A stretch of 32,000 nt of DNA from Megasphaera elsdenii DSM 20460 (GCF_003010495.1 NZ_CP027570.1:1260001-1292000), one strand, 5' to 3'; shown: positions 8,250 through 17,522, counted from the first letter of the stretch. Numbers and translations: made by a program. Notes: a model not told the origin generated them from the letters alone.

Positions 8250-9272
8250 ATGGAACAAGATACATTGAGTATCTTTCAAAAAATAGCTCCCGATGTCATG
8301 GGGACAATCAAAGAACGCTATCTGCTGCTGCGGCATATCGCCGACGCCGAGCCCGTCGGCCGGCGGACCCTGGCAGGTCTTTCGGGCCTGTCGGAACGCG
8401 TCGTCCGGTCTCACGTCGACGTCTTGCGGCGCAGTGGCATCGTGCGCTTTACGACGCTGGGCATTGCCATGGAACCGGAAGGCAAACGGCTCATGCCGGA
8501 TCTCCTGGAGTGTTTCCTGCGCCTGAATAATTTGGACGACATGCAGCGCCAGATCCGCCAGAAGCTGGGCCTGAAAAATGTCTATATCGTCCCCGGTGAC
8601 AGCGATAACGATAAGACCGCCAAGGAAGAACTGGGCCGCCGGGGTGCGCTGCTCCTGAACGACCTTTTCGGCAGCGTAGATACGGTCGCTATCAGCGGCG
8701 GGTCGACGATGGCTGAAGTGGCCCGCATGCTTCCGGAATGTCTGGCCAACGTGACTATCTTGCCGGCCCGCGGAAGCATGGGCAACCATGTCGAAGTCCA
8801 GGCCAACTACATCGCCGCCAACATTGCGGCCAAGACCCACAGTTCGTACCGCATGATCCATATCCCGGAAGGCCTCAGTGATTCGGCGCTGCAGATGATG
8901 CTCCAAGCCGACCGCCAGACCCAGGAAAATGTGGCCATGACGGCCCGGGCCCAGGTCGTCATCTTCGGCATCGGCCGGGCGGACCGCATGGCCCGCAAGC
9001 GGGGCATGACGACGCTCCAGCGCGATGCCCTGCACAGCCTCGGCGCCTGTGGCGAATCGCTGGGCTGCTATTGCGGCCTCGATGGCAAGATTTTATATGG
9101 TACGAATAATGTAGGGATTTCATTGCGAGAAATCAAATTTCATCCGCACGTCATCGCCGTAGCCGGTGGCGCCAGCAAGGCCGAAGCCATTGTAGGCGTC
9201 ATGCGGGCCTGCCATACGGGTACGCTGGTCACGGACGAAGGCGCGGCTGAAAAAATCATACAAATGCTTTAA
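8250..9272 (+). CDS. cggR: SorC/CggR-family sugar-binding transcriptional regulator (central glycolytic genes regulator-like)
   Basis: N-terminal wHTH (RTLAGLSGLSERVVRSHVDVLRRSGIV) plus a SorC sugar-binding domain. Its position in the glycolytic cluster fits. GGGAGAGAG precedes ATG 8250. Confidence 0.8.
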   Translation: MEQDTLSIFQKIAPDVMGTIKERYLLLRHIADAEPVGRRTLAGLSGLSERVVRSHVDVLRRSGIVRFTTLGIAMEPEGKRLMPDLLECFLRLNNLDDMQRQIRQKLGLKNVYIVPGDSDNDKTAKEELGRRGALLLNDLFGSVDTVAISGGSTMAEVARMLPECLANVTILPARGSMGNHVEVQANYIAANIAAKTHSSYRMIHIPEGLSDSALQMMLQADRQTQENVAMTARAQVVIFGIGRADRMARKRGMTTLQRDALHSLGACGESLGCYCGLDGKILYGTNNVGISLREIKFHPHVIAVAGGASKAEAIVGVMRACHTGTLVTDEGAAEKIIQML

Positions 9273-9290
9273 TTGGAGGAGGAACCTTTC

Positions 9291-10472
9291 ATGAAAAAAA
9301 CGATTACTGATGTAAATGTCGAAAACAAACGCGTTTTTGTCCGCGCTGACTTCAACGTCCCCCTTGATGAAAACTGCAACATTACAGACGATACGCGTAT
9401 CCAGAAGACGCTGCCGACCATTAAATACTTGCTCGACCATAAAGCAGCCGTCATCCTGGCCAGCCATCTCGGCCGCCCGAAGGGACAGGTCGTCGAAAAG
9501 TATTCGTTGAAACCCGTTGCCAAACGCTTGTCGGAACTCCTCGGCCTTGATGTCAAATTCGCTCCGGATTGCGTCGGTGCAGAAACGAAAGCCATGGCTG
9601 ACGCCCTCAAACCGGGTGAAGTCCTGCTCCTGGAAAATCTCCGTTTCCATAAAGAAGAAGAAAAAAACGGCGAAGATTTCGCCCGCCAGCTCGCTTCTCT
9701 GGCTGAAGTCGGCATCAACGACGCTTTCGGCTGCTGCCACCGCGCTCATGCTTCGGTCGCAGGCATTACGAAATTCCTGCCCATGGCAGCCGGCTTCCTG
9801 CTGGAAAAAGAAATCCGCTTCATCGGCGGGGCTGTCGACAACCCGGCTCATCCTTTCGCAGCCATCATCGGCGGGGCTAAAGTTTCCGACAAGATCGAAG
9901 TCATTTCCAACCTCCTGCCTAAAGTCGACCTCATGATCATCGGCGGCGGCATGGCCAATACCTTCCTGGCTGCCCAGGGCTATGGCATCGGCAAATCCCT
10001 GGTCGAAGCCGACAAAATCGATTTGGCCAAACAGCTCATCAACCAGGCTAAAGAACAGGGAACGAAACTGCTCCTGCCGGTTGATGTCACGGTCGCTGCT
10101 GAATTTAAGAACGACGCCGACCACAAAGTCGTTTCCGTCGATGCTGTCCCGGCTGACTGGATGATCCTCGACGTCGGCACGAAGACGCAGGAACTCTTCG
10201 CTAAAGAACTGGCCCCGATGAAACTCATCGTCTGGAACGGGCCGATGGGCGTATTTGAAATGGAAAACTATGCTAAAGGCACAGAAGCTGTCGCTAAAGC
10301 TGTCGCTGATTCCGAAGCTGTTTCCATCGTCGGCGGCGGTGACTCCGTTTCGGCTGTCAACAAGACCGGCCTGGCCGACAAGATCAGCCACATCTCCACG
10401 GGCGGCGGTGCTTCCCTGGAATATCTCGAAGGCAAACAGCTCCCGGGTGTCGTATCCCTGAGCGATAAATAA
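9291..10472 (+). CDS. pgk: Phosphoglycerate kinase
   Basis: [40 protein letters not shown] precedes ATG 9291. Confidence 0.95.
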   Translation: MKKTITDVNVENKRVFVRADFNVPLDENCNITDDTRIQKTLPTIKYLLDHKAAVILASHLGRPKGQVVEKYSLKPVAKRLSELLGLDVKFAPDCVGAETKAMADALKPGEVLLLENLRFHKEEEKNGEDFARQLASLAEVGINDAFGCCHRAHASVAGITKFLPMAAGFLLEKEIRFIGGAVDNPAHPFAAIIGGAKVSDKIEVISNLLPKVDLMIIGGGMANTFLAAQGYGIGKSLVEADKIDLAKQLINQAKEQGTKLLLPVDVTVAAEFKNDADHKVVSVDAVPADWMILDVGTKTQELFAKELAPMKLIVWNGPMGVFEMENYAKGTEAVAKAVADSEAVSIVGGGDSVSAVNKTGLADKISHISTGGGASLEYLEGKQLPGVVSLSDK

Positions 10473-10501
10473 TCATTCACCTTTAAAGGAGGAAACTCAT
10501 T

Positions 10502-11312
<811 letters not shown>

Positions 11313-11324
11313 TCGCCCCTACAG

Positions 11325-11357
11325 AAAAGGCGCTGTCTTCATGCGACAGCGCCTTTT
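11325..11357 (+). terminator. Intrinsic terminator after tpiA
   Basis: aaaaG-GCGCTGTC-ttcatgc-GACAGCGC-Ctttt. The core 23-mer is identical to the glmS terminator at 29984-30006. Confidence 0.7.
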
Positions 11358-11412
11358 GCTATATCTCCCTACATTTGTTACAATAAAGTCAATGAGAGGG
11401 AGGAGGAATTCG

Positions 11413-12372
11413 ATGAAATATATTTTATATGTCCTTTCTTTTTTCTGCCTGCTCATCGGTGGCGGTGCTTGGTTCTTTTATAACCATCCTGTCGGTGTCA
11501 TCGGCGTTATCCTGTCGCTATATATCTTGTATCGCCTGGAACGGCAGCCGCATAAGCTTTCTTTGAAGTGGCCCGGCAGCAAAGGCAAGGGGGCCAGCCG
11601 CGACCAGGCCGCTTTTGAAAAGGCTCTCAGCGATTTCAACCGCATGGAAGCGGAACGCAGGGGATTGACCGACTCGGATTTGTGCCGGACTGTCGCCAAT
11701 ATGCAGCATATTGCCCGTAATTTCCTCTATTATCTGCAACAGTATCCCGAACGGATCGGCCTGGCAGAACACTTCATCGATTATTACCAGGACCGGGCCG
11801 TCTTCATGGTCCGCAAATATAAGAAGCTCTCGGCGACGGGACTCAGGACGGATAAGGTCGTCCAGACACAGCAGAAACTCAAGACCTTGCTCAGCCAACT
11901 CGACCAGGCCTATGAAGAACAGTTCACCCAGGTCTTGGAAGCCGAGCTGGTGACTATCGATGGAGAAACGACAGTCATGGCTCAGAACCTGTCTGCCCAG
12001 GGCCTGTACAACCCGGAAGCCGCTGTACGGAGAAAGAAGCCATCGTCCCTGAAAGGTTCCCTGGCCCAGTGGAAACAGAAAGCTGCCGACCGCTTCGATG
12101 CCTATACAGACGGAACCTTTTCGTCGATTACGCCGGAACTGCGCCATAAAATCAACGAAGAACGGCTGATTACAGCGGTCCTGGCCTTCTTCCTGGGTTC
12201 CTTCGGCATCCATTACTTCTATTTGAAACGCCCCGTCCGCGGTGTCATCTACGCCCTGTTCTGCTGGACCCTCATCCCAGGATTCCTGGGCCTGCGCGAA
12301 GGTATCCGCTACTTCAGCATGACGACCGACGAATTTTACTACGCCGATTATTTGCATAAATATGGAGCTTAG
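11413..12372 (+). CDS. Membrane protein with an XpaC-like (5-bromo-4-chloroindolyl phosphate hydrolysis family) domain fused to a C-terminal TM2 domain
   Basis: GGGAGGAGG precedes ATG 11413. Two N-terminal TM helices, XpaC-like NMQHIARNFLYYLQQYPERI...HFIDYYQDRAVFMVRKY, and C-terminal TM2-like LAFFLGSFGIHYFYLKRP...GFLGLREGIRYF. Confidence 0.6.
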   Translation: MKYILYVLSFFCLLIGGGAWFFYNHPVGVIGVILSLYILYRLERQPHKLSLKWPGSKGKGASRDQAAFEKALSDFNRMEAERRGLTDSDLCRTVANMQHIARNFLYYLQQYPERIGLAEHFIDYYQDRAVFMVRKYKKLSATGLRTDKVVQTQQKLKTLLSQLDQAYEEQFTQVLEAELVTIDGETTVMAQNLSAQGLYNPEAAVRRKKPSSLKGSLAQWKQKAADRFDAYTDGTFSSITPELRHKINEERLITAVLAFFLGSFGIHYFYLKRPVRGVIYALFCWTLIPGFLGLREGIRYFSMTTDEFYYADYLHKYGA

Positions 12373-13757
12373 AACAGATTACTTATGCTCATTAATTGTG
12401 CGCCTTCCCTTTGGGCGCGTTCTATGACGGGCTGGGTGTATCCGCCTTTACTGAAGAAAATCAGGTGTTTTTTTGTTACTTTTGGGAAGGCGGCTGTAGC
12501 CTGGACTAAATCATCATACTCTTCCATGGGCATAGGACGGTTCCGGTATTTACATTCGCAGAAGATTCCTTCTGTCTCTGTCTTATCGAGTGCGAGAATG
12601 TCGATATCATCCTGCTGTTTCAATAGGGGATTGGTGCCCCACCACTTGCCGATGACAGCGGGGATGAAGGGAAGAGTATGGGCCTTGGCCCGGCGCCAGA
12701 GGTATTCGGTGCAGATTTCTTCAAAGACAGGTCCCATATAGTCGGAAATGCCGTCCATGATTTCTTGGGCAGCTTTTTCTTCGCCTAAGAGGAAGTAATA
12801 ATTTTTTTGTGAGAACGTATAGCGGTACCAAAAACGGTAGTAATGATCTGCAATCACGTAAATGCCTTTTTTACTCGTTTTAGGCTGGCCACAGGGGATG
12901 ATTTTTTTTACCAGGCGGATGTTCTGTAATACTTGCAGATATTTCGTGCATTTGCTCCGGTCTTCGTGAATGCGGTCGGAGATGGTGGAAATCCTATTGG
13001 CTCCATTGGCGATAGCCTCGAGTATACTATTATAAATACCTGGTTCACGCAGTTCCATGCGCAAAAGGAGCTGCGGTTCGTCGTGAAGATAGGCATTTTC
13101 AGATAAAATGTGTTCGGCGATATTTCCGGTAATGTCTTGATATGGATTAAATGCCTTTAAATAGCGAGGGATTCCGCCGAGGATGCCATAGGCCAATAAT
13201 TTTTCTTCTTGTGAATAATTCGGGAAAAACTCAGCACTTTCCAGATAATCAAAAGGCTTTACTTCTAGATGTGCAGTAATCCGCCCATATAAAGGGCTTT
13301 TGTATCCCATGACTTCGTTAATCATAAAGCTGACACTGGAGCCGCAGAGGATGAGAAAGATGTTTTTATTTTGCCAGCTGTGGTCGATAGCATGCTGGAA
13401 AATACTTTTTATCGAAGGATTTTGGGAGGCTAAAAAGGGAAATTCGTCAATGATGAGGACTGTTCGTTTATCGTTGCGGCTTTGTTTTTCGATAAAAGCC
13501 AAGGCTTTTTCCCAATTCGGGAAAGGTGCTAAATAATCACCGGTATAATGTTCCTGAACAGTTTGAGAAAAATCTTCCAAATTTAGGACGTCGTTCTTTT
13601 CCTGGGCCGGGAAAAAGATACAATCGTGAGATTGAGCAAATTTTTGCAAAATCGTCGTCTTTCCCACACGGCGGCGGCCATACATGATTAAAAATTGAAA
13701 AGAAGGAGAACTATATAATTTTTCTAAAAGCGCTAATTCCTGTTTTCTGCCAATCAT
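12369..13757 (-). CDS. AAA-type ATPase (ATPase_2/COG1672) with wHTH and C-terminal DUF234 nuclease-like domain
   Basis: Walker A GRRRVGKTT, Walker B VLIIDEF, wHTH YNSILEAIANGANRISTISDRI, C-terminal DIDILALD...FCECKY. GGAGG (13766-13770) lies 8 nt before ATG 13757, so that start is preferred over ATG 13772. Confidence 0.8.
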   Translation of the reverse strand: MIGRKQELALLEKLYSSPSFQFLIMYGRRRVGKTTILQKFAQSHDCIFFPAQEKNDVLNLEDFSQTVQEHYTGDYLAPFPNWEKALAFIEKQSRNDKRTVLIIDEFPFLASQNPSIKSIFQHAIDHSWQNKNIFLILCGSSVSFMINEVMGYKSPLYGRITAHLEVKPFDYLESAEFFPNYSQEEKLLAYGILGGIPRYLKAFNPYQDITGNIAEHILSENAYLHDEPQLLLRMELREPGIYNSILEAIANGANRISTISDRIHEDRSKCTKYLQVLQNIRLVKKIIPCGQPKTSKKGIYVIADHYYRFWYRYTFSQKNYYFLLGEEKAAQEIMDGISDYMGPVFEEICTEYLWRRAKAHTLPFIPAVIGKWWGTNPLLKQQDDIDILALDKTETEGIFCECKYRNRPMPMEEYDDLVQATAAFPKVTKKHLIFFSKGGYTQPVIERAQREGAQLMSISNLF

Positions 13758-13772
13758 GAGAAAAACCTCCAT

Positions 13773-13832
13773 AAATAAAGTGAAACACGAGTATAATACT
13801 CATAAGTATTATACTCGTGTTTCACTTTATTT
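13773..13832. repeat. Perfect 28-bp inverted repeat with a 4-nt spacer
   Basis: Arm 13773-13800 (aaataaagtgaaacacgagtataatact) is the exact reverse complement of 13805-13832; I checked it base by base. It ends 2 nt from the ATPase SD. Confidence 0.95.
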
Positions 13833-13877
13833 GCAATTATATAGGTTAATCGAATTTTCGAGGTATAATGAATTCAT
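13827..13877 (-). CDS. Candidate 16-codon leader mini-ORF (MNSLYLENSINLYNCK)
   Basis: AAGGAG (13885-13890), 7 nt spacer, ATG (13875-13877). Its TAA stop (13827-13829) lies inside the palindrome arm. There is no homology evidence. Confidence 0.3.
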   Translation of the reverse strand: MNSLYLENSINLYNCK

Positions 13878-14001
13878 CGCGTAACTCCTTTGAGATGGTG
13901 TGTTGTAGCAGATTCATTATACTTTAAAGTATGGTTACGCGATATTTATTTGTTCAAAAAGTTGTGAACTGCTGTAAGAATCATAAAAACAAATAATTGA
14001 C

Positions 14002-14060
14002 CTATATAAGAAGGGCTTGTCACATCAGAAAAGAACAAGTGACAAGCCCTTCTTATATAG
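14002..14060 (-). terminator. Perfect 22-bp inverted repeat downstream of the dehydrogenase gene (probable terminator)
   Basis: ctatataagaagggcttgtcac, a 15-nt loop, then gtgacaagcccttcttatatag. It shares the GGGCTTGTC/GACAAGCCC core with the hairpins at 4004 and 22986. Confidence 0.55.
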
Positions 14061-14083
14061 AGAATTTGAGAGAGAAAGCGTAT

Positions 14084-15349
14084 TTAGATTTCTACGTTGA
14101 AGTGTTTGAGAATCATTTTTTCGGCTTCGGCGTTCCACAATCCTTTGTGGGCTTTGCAGCATTTGTCCAGTTCCAGGAAGAACGGATCTTTTTCACCGAG
14201 TTTGGCGAAGTCTTCGATGGCGGTCATAGGCATATCGAACTGGGTGTAGGCTAATTTTTTGCCGCCCGGGATTTTCGGCAGGTTGAGTGTCGTTTCAGCG
14301 ATGCTGTCGATGCCGCCGACGTGGGTGATCATGACAGCCGGGTCGATGATGCCTTTGGCAGCCAGGGTGTTGGCTTCGATGAGGTCATCGTTGTTGCCGC
14401 CTGTCGTGCCCATGATGTGGGTGCTGGTGTAATGGCAGTCATAGAGGTTGATGTCAGCGCTGAAGTTTTTGTCCGTCGGGCCGGAGAAGAAGTTCATGCA
14501 GCCGTCGAAGGCCAGGAGTTTATTGCCCAATTCGGCGACGGCACGGATTGGTGTGTAGACGAAGACGTCGTCATAGCCATGGCCATCGGTGATTTTCATT
14601 AAGTCGTCATAAGCCGTATCCATGTTGGACGTGTTAACGTAGATGAGTTCGACACCGTGCTGGGCTGCGTATTCCGGCGAGACGACTTCTTTAGCCCGGG
14701 CGATGCGGGCGTCGTTGATGTCGGTGACGACGATGCGCTTCGGTTTGTTTTCAAAGTTGATGCCGTAGCTGATGGCGCCCAGGCCCATGGGGCCGCAGCC
14801 GCCGAGGATGATGATGTTGCCGCCTTCTTTGGTGCCCATGGCGTGGTTGTAATTATGTTTGTTCGTGTGGTAGTTGGCGTGGTAGCCGCCGATGATGCAG
14901 CTCATAGGTTCACCCAGGGAGGCTTCGAAGAAACTTTCGCCGTCATAGGGCATGAGGGCGCCCAGTTCCATGACTTCATGCGGGAAGATGCAGTACGTGC
15001 AGTCGCCGCCGAAGAATTCGTAAGAATAACCCGGAGAAGCCAGGCTGCCTTTATAGTTCAGGGCCGGCTGCTGGGCGAAGCGCATGCCCGGCTTGAACTG
15101 GTCCTGCCATTTCTTGCCGACCTTGACGATGACGCCGGCGAATTCGTGACCTGTGATGATGGGGTGCGTATCCATGTTCTGGGGAGCCCGTTTATGTTTC
15201 TTGCCCTGTTCGACGAGTTTGTACGTCGACATGCAGATGCTGTCGGTAATGATTTTGGCTAAGATTTCGTCGTCTTTGATTTCCGGGAGTTCAAATTCTT
15301 CCAGACGTAAATCGCGGGTACCATACATTCTGACTGCTTTTGTTTTCAT
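14084..15349 (-). CDS. Zinc-dependent MDR dehydrogenase, L-sorbose-1-phosphate reductase (SorE)-like
   Basis: 421 aa. GHEFAGVIV zinc-ADH motif, GGCGPMGLG nucleotide fold, GYSYEFFGG, EPMSCIIGGYHANYH, DGCMNFFSGPTDKNF, NLPKIPGGKK. AGGAGG precedes the ATG. Confidence 0.7.
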   Translation of the reverse strand: MKTKAVRMYGTRDLRLEEFELPEIKDDEILAKIITDSICMSTYKLVEQGKKHKRAPQNMDTHPIITGHEFAGVIVKVGKKWQDQFKPGMRFAQQPALNYKGSLASPGYSYEFFGGDCTYCIFPHEVMELGALMPYDGESFFEASLGEPMSCIIGGYHANYHTNKHNYNHAMGTKEGGNIIILGGCGPMGLGAISYGINFENKPKRIVVTDINDARIARAKEVVSPEYAAQHGVELIYVNTSNMDTAYDDLMKITDGHGYDDVFVYTPIRAVAELGNKLLAFDGCMNFFSGPTDKNFSADINLYDCHYTSTHIMGTTGGNNDDLIEANTLAAKGIIDPAVMITHVGGIDSIAETTLNLPKIPGGKKLAYTQFDMPMTAIEDFAKLGEKDPFFLELDKCCKAHKGLWNAEAEKMILKHFNVEI

Positions 15350-15404
15350 GATAGAATCCTCCTAAGTGATTGTTCCATAATATATGTATTAATAGATTAG
15401 GTGA

Positions 15405-15839
15405 CTATTCTGCTTCGATGTTGGCGAAGGTATCGTAAATCTGATCGACAGAGCTTTTCAGGATTTCGTCGACTTCATCTTCATCGGAACAGGTGACGGC
15501 GATATTGCTGAGTATATCGATGTGTTCGTCACCGACACCGGCGATACCGATGACCAGTTTGACTGTTTCACCGCCCCAATCGGTTCCCTGGGGGAAGGTC
15601 ATGATGACTAAGCCCGATTTCTTGACTTCGCATTTGCCTTCTTCGATACCGTGAGGGATGGCGACGGCGTTGCCGATGGCCGTATTGAAGACTTTTTCTT
15701 TGTCCAGCATGGCCTGGGTGTATTTTTCTGTCGTATAGCCATCATCGTAGAAAATCTTGCCGATTTCTTTGATGACGTCTTCTTTGGCTTTAGACTGGCA
15801 ATTGAGGATGATATTTTTCTTCTGCAAAATCGTGTTCAT
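15405..15839 (-). CDS. mtlF: PTS EIIA component, mannitol/fructose (EIIA-2) type
   Basis: 144 aa with the phosphorylatable His in VAIPHG. AAGGAG precedes the ATG. Confidence 0.85.
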   Translation of the reverse strand: MNTILQKKNIILNCQSKAKEDVIKEIGKIFYDDGYTTEKYTQAMLDKEKVFNTAIGNAVAIPHGIEEGKCEVKKSGLVIMTFPQGTDWGGETVKLVIGIAGVGDEHIDILSNIAVTCSDEDEVDEILKSSVDQIYDTFANIEAE

Positions 15840-15853
15840 GGTATATATCTCCT

Positions 15854-17263
15854 TTATTTACTTTGACGGGCAGCGACTAATTCATCGACGAGCATGCCGT
15901 ATTCAGGGGCTGCCATAAAGTTTGTAATTGTAATCAAGCGGGCTTGGGGAGCACTGGCTTTCGCTCGTTCAGCCAAATCCTGGTGACAGACGACGAGCTG
16001 GGCGTCTGCTGGGATTTCTGAAACGGAAGCGTGACTGACGGTGATGTCGGTCAGGCCGGCTTTCTTGAATTTCTTCTGCAAGACGGCGGCTCCCATGGCA
16101 CTGGAACCCATACCGGCATCGCAGGCGAAGACGACGTTGGTGATGCACTTCAAATCGGCCTGGGCCGGAGCGGCGGCTGCCGGAGACGTGCCTTTCGATT
16201 CAGCCTTCATGTCCTGCATCTTCTGCTGGGCTTCTTCCAGGGATTCGCTGGATTTGGCAGCGGACATCTTGATGATCGGCGAGGCGATGATGAAGGAGAC
16301 GGCAGCAGCAATGACGATGCTCAGGATGACTGAGAGGGTCGAACCCTTCGGCGCCATGGCCAGATAGGAAATGAGGCTGCCCGGGGCCGGCGGACCCGAA
16401 AGACCGAGGTCGAAAATCATGTTGTAGAACAGGGCTGCGACACTGCCGCTGATGGTTGCCAGCAGGAGAGCCGGGTTCATGAGGATGTAGGGGAAGGAAA
16501 TTTCGTGGATACCGCCGAGAAGGTGGATGATCAGGGCGCCGGGAGCGGACTGACGGGTCATGGTGTCTTTCGAGAAGAGCCAGTAAGCCAGGAGAACGCC
16601 TGTGCCGGGGCCGGGATTGGTTTCAATCATGTAGAAGATGGACTTGCCCGTTTCGGCGACTTGTTCGGCGCCGAGGGGAGTGAAGATGCCGTGGTTGATG
16701 GCGTTGTTCAAGAAGAGGACTTTAGCCGGTTCTACGAAGACACCGATGAGCGGGAAGATACCGGCCTGGAGCAGGATCTGGACGCCGGCCGTCAGGAAGG
16801 ACAAGATGATGCCCATGACCGGGCCGATGAGGTAGAAGCCGAGGATGGCCATGACCATGCCCAGGATGCCGACGGAGAAGTTGTTGATGAGCATTTCGAA
16901 GCCCGGCTTGATGCGGCCGTCGACAGCGGCGTCAAATTTCTTGATGACCAGGCCGGCCAGGGGCCCCATGACCATGGCACCCATGAACATGGTGTAGGTC
17001 GTGCCGCAGATGACGCCGACCGTGGCAATGGCACCCATGATGGCGCCGCGCAGGCCGCCGACGATTTTGCCGCCCTGGAAGGCGATGAGCAGGGGCAGGA
17101 CGTAGGTCAGGAAAGGTCCGACCATTTTTGCCAGCTGTTCGTTAGGCAGCCAGCCGCTGGGGATGAATAAGGCCGTAATCAGGCCCCAGGCGATGAAGGC
17201 GCCGATGTTTGGCATGACCATACCGCTGAGGAAACGGCCGAAGGATTGGACTTTTGCTTTCAT
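15854..17263 (-). CDS. mtlA: PTS mannitol-family EIICB permease
   Basis: The N-terminus MKAKVQSFGRFLSGMVMPNIGAFIAWG closely resembles enteric MtlA as I recall it. EIIB Cys in VVFACDAGMGSSAMGA. AGGAGG (17271-17276) precedes ATG 17263; the track start at 17374 is an extension. Confidence 0.9.
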   Translation of the reverse strand: MKAKVQSFGRFLSGMVMPNIGAFIAWGLITALFIPSGWLPNEQLAKMVGPFLTYVLPLLIAFQGGKIVGGLRGAIMGAIATVGVICGTTYTMFMGAMVMGPLAGLVIKKFDAAVDGRIKPGFEMLINNFSVGILGMVMAILGFYLIGPVMGIILSFLTAGVQILLQAGIFPLIGVFVEPAKVLFLNNAINHGIFTPLGAEQVAETGKSIFYMIETNPGPGTGVLLAYWLFSKDTMTRQSAPGALIIHLLGGIHEISFPYILMNPALLLATISGSVAALFYNMIFDLGLSGPPAPGSLISYLAMAPKGSTLSVILSIVIAAAVSFIIASPIIKMSAAKSSESLEEAQQKMQDMKAESKGTSPAAAAPAQADLKCITNVVFACDAGMGSSAMGAAVLQKKFKKAGLTDITVSHASVSEIPADAQLVVCHQDLAERAKASAPQARLITITNFMAAPEYGMLVDELVAARQSK

Positions 17264-17356
17264 GATGATTCCTCCTAAAATCTTTGGAATGAATACGTGG
17301 GACACGAGCAGTACCTGACACTCCGGATTGCACTGCGCTGCTCTCTTGATGGCTAC

Positions 17357-17385
17357 AGTATAACTTGTGTACATATCAAAAGCAA
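17357..17385 (-). promoter_or_regulatory. Candidate mtlA promoter
   Basis: Minus strand TTGCTT (17380-17385), 17 nt spacer, TATACT (17357-17362). Confidence 0.35.
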
Positions 17386-17480
17386 TTAAAAGTAATTTAA
17401 CTTTGTCCTTTTGGAAGATGACAGGACTTGGGAAATGAGGTTTTTACAGGCTTTATCCCTACTGGCAATAACACGGTTTG

Positions 17481-17489
17481 TGGTATAAT
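17481..17489 (+). promoter_or_regulatory. Extended -10 element TGgTATAAT upstream of the LytTR gene
   Basis: Read directly; weak -35 cTGgCA at 17462-17467. Confidence 0.4.
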
Positions 17490-17522
17490 GAAGATGAAAA
17501 ATCATGAAAAGAAGGTGTTGAC

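Noticed and set aside
9120-10391. 423-aa minus-strand ORF, plus similar long antisense ORFs at 1157-1834, 6671-7576, 8079-9035, 10268-10858, 11518-12357, 17619-18206, 21313-21858, 23962-24543, 24879-26546, 26988-27761 and 28034-28972
   Set aside because: Each is antisense to a gene with clear family motifs (pgk, GDSL hydrolase, gpmI, cggR, tpiA and others). None has its own SD and start context or recognisable domains. The pervasive pattern is explained by sense-strand avoidance of codons whose complements are stops.
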